64,000 bases of DNA from Octopus sinensis (Eukaryota). Location of the stretch: the NCBI RefSeq assembly GCF_006345805.1, contig NC_042997.1, forward strand, positions 197,966,001-198,030,000, written 5' to 3'. The translations under genes were made by a program, and so were the position numbers. Each line of letters starts with the position of its first letter. Within the stretch, counting starts at the first letter, position 1. The notes beneath the pieces are model-generated. The model saw only the letters and a list, made by a program, of their open reading frames with translations. It was not told the origin of the DNA and searched no databases. This document shows positions 61,258 through 64,000 of the stretch, piece after piece.

Positions 61258-62674
61258 AATTATTATCGGTAGATACTTCAGATTGTTGTCCGGATGTACA
61301 ATGCGCACAAAAACACATACAAGCACAAACGAAAGCTTAACAGTTTCAAATTTCGCCGTCCATTGTGTATACGTTAATCTCCAAGGGTTGTGGCACTAAA
61401 GTAAGGTGAGATACGATAAATATTCATAATGTAAATCGAGAAATAGCCAATAGTTACTAGAGGCAAAAGGAATACATTGAGGGATGGTTTTCTTTATAGA
61501 CAGATAAACTTAGATGAAGGGAAGAGATTTTGAGCCCAAACTAAAAAAACCTGGAAGAAAGATGAAATGAAACTGCATAATCTAAAGATTATATAGTTTC
61601 ATTTAATCTCTCGTTGTTGAAACCAAATTAGATGGCGTATACAGTAAAGCAATCTATAGCTAAAGATGGATAATGGGTAGATTGTTCGGATTTTAATCCT
61701 TTCACTGACTAAAATTAAACGATTATTTGTTGTGTATTATGTTTCTTGGTTTAATCATTTAATTATTCCAAAAATAGTTTTAAAATATTAAATCCTATTT
61801 TCGTTTATTTGAAAATTAATTGTTAGAGATCGTGTATTGTCATCTAGGAATAATATCTGACGAGAGAAGTTTTTAAAAGACTCTATATTTAATGATTTCT
61901 CTGGTAAGAATTATTCCTACGACACAAGATATATTTTTAACACCTTTGATTTCTCTTCACACTTATTACGAGGTGACGGATATTATCGATCTGAAAACGA
62001 AACAACGAAAAAGAAAACCAAAAACAAAAAACCAAAAAAAAATGATAAAAGGATATACAAAGATAAACATAAAGCAACGTAATTATTGCATGAAAGAGAG
62101 TAATTAATAAACATTCATCAACTTTCGGGTTGCATTAAAAGTTAGCTAATGAGAAACACAGTTTTGATTAGATATTTTTTTGATTTATAACGATCTATTA
62201 TGTTTATCCAATCAAACAAGCGCGAAATGCGTCATAAAATTATATTATTAATATCGTAAAAATGAAGACAGCGAGCGAAGTAATCGTTTACTTTATAAAT
62301 GTGGTAACTGTGTATACATATATACAAATTAAATGACTTGATTCAAGTAGGTAGGTGAATGAATTCCTTTGAGCGTATGCGTGAATAAATACGTATATTC
62401 CTGGATATAAGACGCGTAAAAAAGAAAGCGAACAAACAAGCGAAATGCAAAAGCTTAGAAATATATCTGCAAGGTATATTAATAGAAGTTTTAATAGTAA
62501 AACGAAAGTAATATTTTATATGGCTTCATTCTTGATTCAATCTATTAAGGAGGAAAATATGAAATACCAACAGAGTTGAAAAGAACTGCTTGTATTTCAA
62601 TGCTTTCAGCATCGGCCAGCTGTTTTCGTCGGCAGTAAAACGATATGAAATCTCTTTTTACAGCCGTCCAGTAC

Positions 62675-62806
62675 ACACACACACACACACACACACATGT
62701 AGGCATATATATGTAGGTATGTACATATGCATATATATACTTATACATATAAATGTATATACATAAGTATACTTTCATACGCATACAGTTACACACACAC
62801 ATACAT

Positions 62807-62848
<42 letters not shown>

Positions 62849-62953
62849 TACATATGTCTATATATATATATATTACATATGTCTATATATATATATATAT
62901 TACATGTGTGTGTCTATATACATATATAAATTATTTATTATTAATAATATCCT

Positions 62954-63005
<52 letters not shown>

Positions 63006-63154
63006 CATACATACATGCATATATATATATATTATTTATATGTATGTCTATATACATATATATATATATATATATTATTTATTATTAATCATATCTCTCT
63101 CTCTCTCCTCTCTCTCTCTATATCTATATATATATGTATGTATCTGTATATATG

Positions 63155-63210
<56 letters not shown>
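62675..63210. repeat. Compound (CA)n/(TA)n tract
   Basis: Direct inspection. Confidence 0.9.
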
Positions 63211-63211
<1 letters not shown>

Positions 63212-63689
63212 GAAGAACAATGAGATGTAACTACTTATGTATTGACTGCAACACTACAGAAAAGAAAACACGAAACCATATAGATACGTACATACACGCC
63301 AGCGTGCGCGCACACAGATGTACACGCACACACAGACACATACCACTCAAACACCATCACATACACGCCCACACACACGCACACATACACTTAAAGGAAT
63401 ATATGATTATATATCTTGAAAATCACAAGCCATCATTTTGTCCGAAACTACAGAGAGGCACACCATTTAAAAGAGAATTTCGGTTTAATTTAGATTTTAT
63501 TGCTCTTTCTGTATTCTTTTAATATTTCAGAATATTATTTACACTGAGGTCCCACAAAAGGAACTGTAAGCTGTTTATTAGAGAAATAATTATGAAATTT
63601 AGTATACAAGGATAGATAGATAAATAGAAAGCTAGACATACAGATAGATAGACAGATAAATGTATATATATATATATATATATATATAC

Positions 63690-64000
63690 ATAGGCGCAGG
63701 AGTGGCTGTGTGGTAAGTAGCTTGCTTACCAACCACATGGTTCCGGGTTCAGTCCCACTGCGTGGCATCTTGGGCAAGTGTCTTCTGCTATAGCCTCGGG
63801 CCGACCAAAGCCTTGTGAGTGGATTTGGTTGACGGAAACTGAAAGAAGCCTGTCGTATATATGTATATATATATATATATGTATGTTTGTGTATATGTTT
63901 GTGTTTCTGTTTCAGTCCCCCTAGCATTGCTTGACAACAGATGCTGGTGTGTTTACGTCCCCGTAACTTAGCGGTTCGGCAAAAGAGACCTATAGAATAA
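63690..64000 (+). mobile_element. SINE A, cut by the window end
   Basis: Low-divergence head and body. Confidence 0.9.

Larger units (their letters stand above)
59921..62671. mobile_element. Pair of identical 32-bp inverted termini (59921-59952 and 62640-62671), each flanked by TA; putative Tc1/mariner-type TIRs
   Basis: TA-CTGGACGGCTGTAAAAAGAGATTTCATATCGT and its exact reverse complement followed by TA. Confidence 0.5.

Overview
Eukaryotic, AT-rich, repeat-saturated non-coding DNA, most likely intronic or intergenic sequence from an octopod cephalopod. The species call is an inference from the SINE families and microsatellite load. There is no complete protein-coding gene, rRNA, true tRNA or CRISPR array, and nearly all listed ORFs are microsatellite read-through. 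Contents: (i) about 40 SINE copies from at least 5 modular families; (ii) decayed LINE fragments (RTE, R4/Dong, CR1); (iii) Tc1/mariner remnants and a hAT MITE with an exact TSD; (iv) very long simple repeats; (v) three weak + strand exon or splice-site candidates. Main discovery: at least 13 minimal type I hammerhead-ribozyme (HHR) motifs occur in about 9 sequence-distinct short elements. Their helix III is short and usually palindromic, and they mostly abut (TA)n runs. Several are arranged as foldback palindromes carrying two divergent ribozymes, with the inversion centre at or just 5' of the catalytic core. A Penelope-type GIY-YIG endonuclease fragment in the window supports a Penelope-like (PLE) origin. 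Ribozyme folds were read by eye; no folding program or database search was run, and activity is untested. Coordinates of degenerate repeats are approximate.
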